DNA of 64,000 nt, from assembly GCA_038087875.1 (NCBI GenBank), contig CM075997.1, positions 8,062,001-8,126,000 of the forward strand. The letters are read 5' to 3'. This document shows positions 60,560-64,000 of this stretch, piece by piece. Every line of letters begins with the position of its first letter. The first letter of the stretch is position 1. The notes under the pieces were generated by a model. That model searched no databases, was not told where the DNA came from, and saw nothing but the letters and a program-made list of their open reading frames with translations. This stretch comes from Malacoraja senta (taxonomy: Eukaryota). The position numbers and the translations under genes were made by a program.

Positions 60560-61900
60560 TATTGATGGCAAATCTTCCTCCTCTATAATTCTTAACACTG
60601 ATGGCCCGCAAGGCTGCGTTCTCAGCCTCCCGCTATATTTATACACTCACGACTGTGCAGCCATATAACAAACCAACTCAATCTGCAAGTTTACAGAGGA
60701 CACCACCATAGTGAGCCAGATATTGAATACTAACGAGTCGGAATACAAAAAGGAGACTGAGCACCTTGTAACTTGGTGCCAAGACAACAACGTTTCCTTC
60801 AATGCGAGGAAGATAAAGGAGAAAATGAATGTCTTCGGGTAGCGAAGCAGCACCCAAATCCCTGATTACATTGATGGCACCGAAGTAGAGATGGCCGAAA
60901 ATGTCAAGTTCTCAGGAATAAATGTCGCTACCAATATGTCCAGGATCAGCCACACCCAAGCTATGTGGCCAAGAAAACATATCAAAGCATCTACCTCCCT
61001 CGAAGACCGAGGAAGTTCTACTTGTCCCCAACAACCATCACCAAAGTCCAAAGATATGCCGTAGAAAGCATTTTATTGGGATGCATCGCAGCCTGGTTTG
61101 GAAACAGCAGCATCCAAGACGGCGATAAATTGCAGCAAGTTGTGGGCGTAGCCCAGCTTATCACACAAAACAGCCTCCCTTCCGTTGACTCCATCTACAT
61201 TTCATGCATACCACCAGATTCAGCGATCCAGCTGTAATCAGGCATCCAAATCATCCTACCACAACCAGAGAGCAGCGGTGAACTGCTATCTACCTCTTTG
61301 ATGACCCTCGAACGATCCCCGATCGGACTTTGCTGGCTTTATCTTGCATTAAACCGTAGTCCCTTATCGCATTGTAAATGGATCGATTGTCATCATGTAT
61401 TTTCTTGCTACTGACTGGTCAATACCCAACAAAGCTTTTCACTACATCTCGGTACACGTGACAATAAACTAACTGAACTGCCTCGGCAAGCCGTCAGCAC
61501 AACCAACGGCGAGTTTAATCCCGGCCATTCCCTCTTTTCCCCTCTCGCATCAAACAAGGGGTACAGAAGTTTGAAACATTTGCCACCAGATTCAAGAGCA
61601 GTTTCTTCCCAGCTGTTATCAGGCAACTGGATCTCCCTCTCATCAGCTAGACAATGGCCCTGACCTCCCATCTATCTCAGCGGAGACCATTGAATGTTCT
61701 TTAATTGACATTTACCGGACTTCAATGTCTTATATTTGCACTAAATGTTGTGGCATTTATCCTGTATCTGTGCACTGTGGGGAGGGGGCTTGAATGTACC
61801 AAATGTATAATCTTTTCAGTGAGCGGATAACACACAAACAAAAACGTTTTCACTTTATCTCGGTACACGTGACCATAATAAATTAAATTAAACTAAACTC
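60560..61900 (+). mobile_element. Rex1/Babar-type LINE 3' region with repeated 3' ends
   Basis: PQGCVLS...YTHDC, TWCQDNN and ESILLGCIAAWFGN motifs; tails GGTACACGTGAC(A/C)ATAA at 61451 and 61862. Confidence 0.75.
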
Positions 61901-62399
61901 CCAACTGCAAAAGTTATCCGTTTTTCACATGAGGACCTATACAAAATAGCCACGTGAAAACTTGGGCTTCCATATCACAACGATTCGTTTTGTCTTATCC
62001 ATCCACTCAATCCTCTCTGCAATTTTGAACCAACGTGTATCTTTACACATCTCCATGTTTCCGATGTAGTGTCTTTGACTTGATTCGTCGACGTGGTTTC
62101 TTTTTGCGCAATTGCTGTTTGACTTGCTGCACGTTTCATGGATTTTGTGTTTTAATACCGAGGGGAAGACGGTCGATTTTGCGCTATGTTCCACACGTCT
62201 CGCTTGCATTCCATAGTGTTCTAGTTTGCACAACGTAGAAAGCGACCCTTCGGCCTACTGACTATTAGAACATATAACTTAGAACATATAACACTACTTA
62301 ATTACTTAGACATGGCTCCTCCCACACTGTTAACTGCATTGGGCAGCAAGCTTTCGCCATTCTGTTCTGTTATATGCGACGTCTCCCACCCTTGATTGG

Positions 62400-63690
62400 C
62401 TTGTGCCCGGGCTTCCAGATAGTTCTGTAATGTTTGCCCCATGTGAGTTTTGGTCGGCCTCTTTTCCATCTTCCATCAGGTTGCCATGTCATTGCTATCT
62501 TGGGTGCACGTTCTGGTGACATTCTGAGTACATGTCCTGCAAATTTCATCTTGCGTACCTCTATGTCCTGGCTGAGAGGTTTTGTTGCAGTTTCATGGTA
62601 ATAATAGATTTTTATTTATATAGCGCTTTTCAGGACTCAAAGTTGCTTTACAATTGAGAGTCAGGAATAAACAAAACAAAATAGAGCAGTAAGACAGAGG
62701 GGAGGGGAACATGGGACTAAGGGTATGCAGAGGTGAAGAGATGGGTCTTGAGGCGGGACTGGAAGATGGTGAGGGACTCAGAATTTCGGACCGGTTGTGG
62801 GAGGGAATTCCAGAGCCTGGGAGCTGCCCTGGAGAAGGCTCTGCCTCCAAAAGTGCAGAGGTTTGATTTCGGAGTGGAGAGGAGACCAGCTGATGTGGAT
62901 CTGAGTGACCGTGAGGGTTGGTAGGGGGAGAGGAGGTCAATGAGATAAGGGGGGGGGCAGGTTGTTGAGGGCTTTGTAGGTGAGGACCAGGATTTTGTAG
63001 GTGATCCGGTGGGAAATGGGAAGCCAGTGAAGTTCTTTGAGAACTGGGGTGATGTGGTGCCAGGATTTGGTGTGGGTAATGAGTCGATCGGCTGCATTTT
63101 GGACCAGTTGGAGTCGTTTGATGCTGCTGGAATTGATTCCGAAAAGAAGAGAGTTAGATCTCTTCGTTTGTGATGTGGTCTCTGTAGCTAGTCTTCAGGA
63201 TCTTCCTCAAGTAGCGTTGTTGGAATGCATCCAAATTTCTTTTTTATCTTCAAATTTTCCATGACTCACTGGCATAGAGGGCTGCAAGAAGGGGTAAGCA
63301 CTGGAAGAGCTTGACTTTTAGCATCTTGTAAATCGCGCCACTAAACTACATTGGCTGCATTCGTCTGAAGACTGATGCAGCTTTACCAATTCTGGAAATC
63401 TACATCTACATCTCCATCTACTGCGAACACGCTGCCAAGATAGATAAATCTTGTGGCGTTTTCCACAATTTCCCCATCGATTATCAGTGTGTCTATTGGC
63501 TGCTGGTCTCCCGTCTGCATGGCCTTAGTCTTCTGGCAGCTGCTCTTTAATCCAATCTTTGATGCATTCACCTCCATAGCGCTTGTCATCTCTTGAAAGG
63601 TGTGTCTCGACTCACATGTACAGCAAAACATAAAATCAGGCACTGTAGCATATAATGCATACGCCGACCTTGATACCAAGGCGAATTCTT
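62400..63690 (-). mobile_element. Old RTE-clade LINE fragment, split by the L2 insertion
   Basis: IGLKSSCQKTKAM...FIYLGS (63383..63679) and FAGHVLRM...KRGRPK (~62450-62545). Confidence 0.6.
62595..63155 (-). mobile_element. L2-clade LINE 3' end
   Basis: PYLIDLLSPYQPSRSLRS...RAFSRAAPRLWNSLP...LKTHLF; tail TGTAAAGC...AAAGCGCTATATAAATAAA. Confidence 0.85.
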
Positions 63691-64000
63691 ATCTGCCGAC
63701 ACATAATCGAACTTCTTGATGGCAATCATACAAGCATTCATTAATTCCGTATCCATCCGTTGCTCGTTTTGTCCAGGTGGGTTTTAAACGTTGTTACTAT
63801 TTCCGTCGCCACCACCCCTTCTGCCAGCTGATGCCACTTATCAGCTGCTCTTATTCTAAAAAAGAGAACCCTCAGATCTTCAGCGTGCTCTAGTCTACCG
63901 TGTGAATAGACAATTGCGGTATATGTCTTCGACAGTTGGATATACCCGTAAACGAACGGCTGAAGTTATTCAGGCAGGGGATGTTGGACACTGGAGCAGA

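Overview
Eukaryotic, repeat-saturated vertebrate DNA. The repeat set (CR1/HER1-type LINEs with esterase ORF1, V-SINE/HE1-like SINEs, Penelope fragments) points to a cartilaginous fish, probably a skate or ray (inference). Most of the window is decayed or nested transposons: several CR1 lineages, plus L1, L2, Rex1/Babar, RTE, Penelope and non-autonomous DNA elements. The only supported host gene is three + strand phase-1/phase-1 Ig-domain exons (53899-54192, 54752-55051, 58832-59137) of an LRC-type (LILR/A1BG/IGSF1-like) protein. The most unusual structures are: (1) a 2.6-kb whole-element palindrome (34594-37229) with an 8-bp TSD, nested hairpins and a divergent pair of Penelope hammerhead-like motifs at its apex; (2) a four-level nested transposon stack (11015-21254) inside a locally quadruplicated, partly inverted segment whose copies show filled and empty insertion sites; (3) two near-full-length CR1s with nearly the same ORF2 but different ORF1/5'UTR modules, one carrying a 40-bp tandem monomer array; (4) many dispersed hammerhead-ribozyme-like cores. 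Boundaries without a stated TSD or splice site are approximate. No database searches were run.
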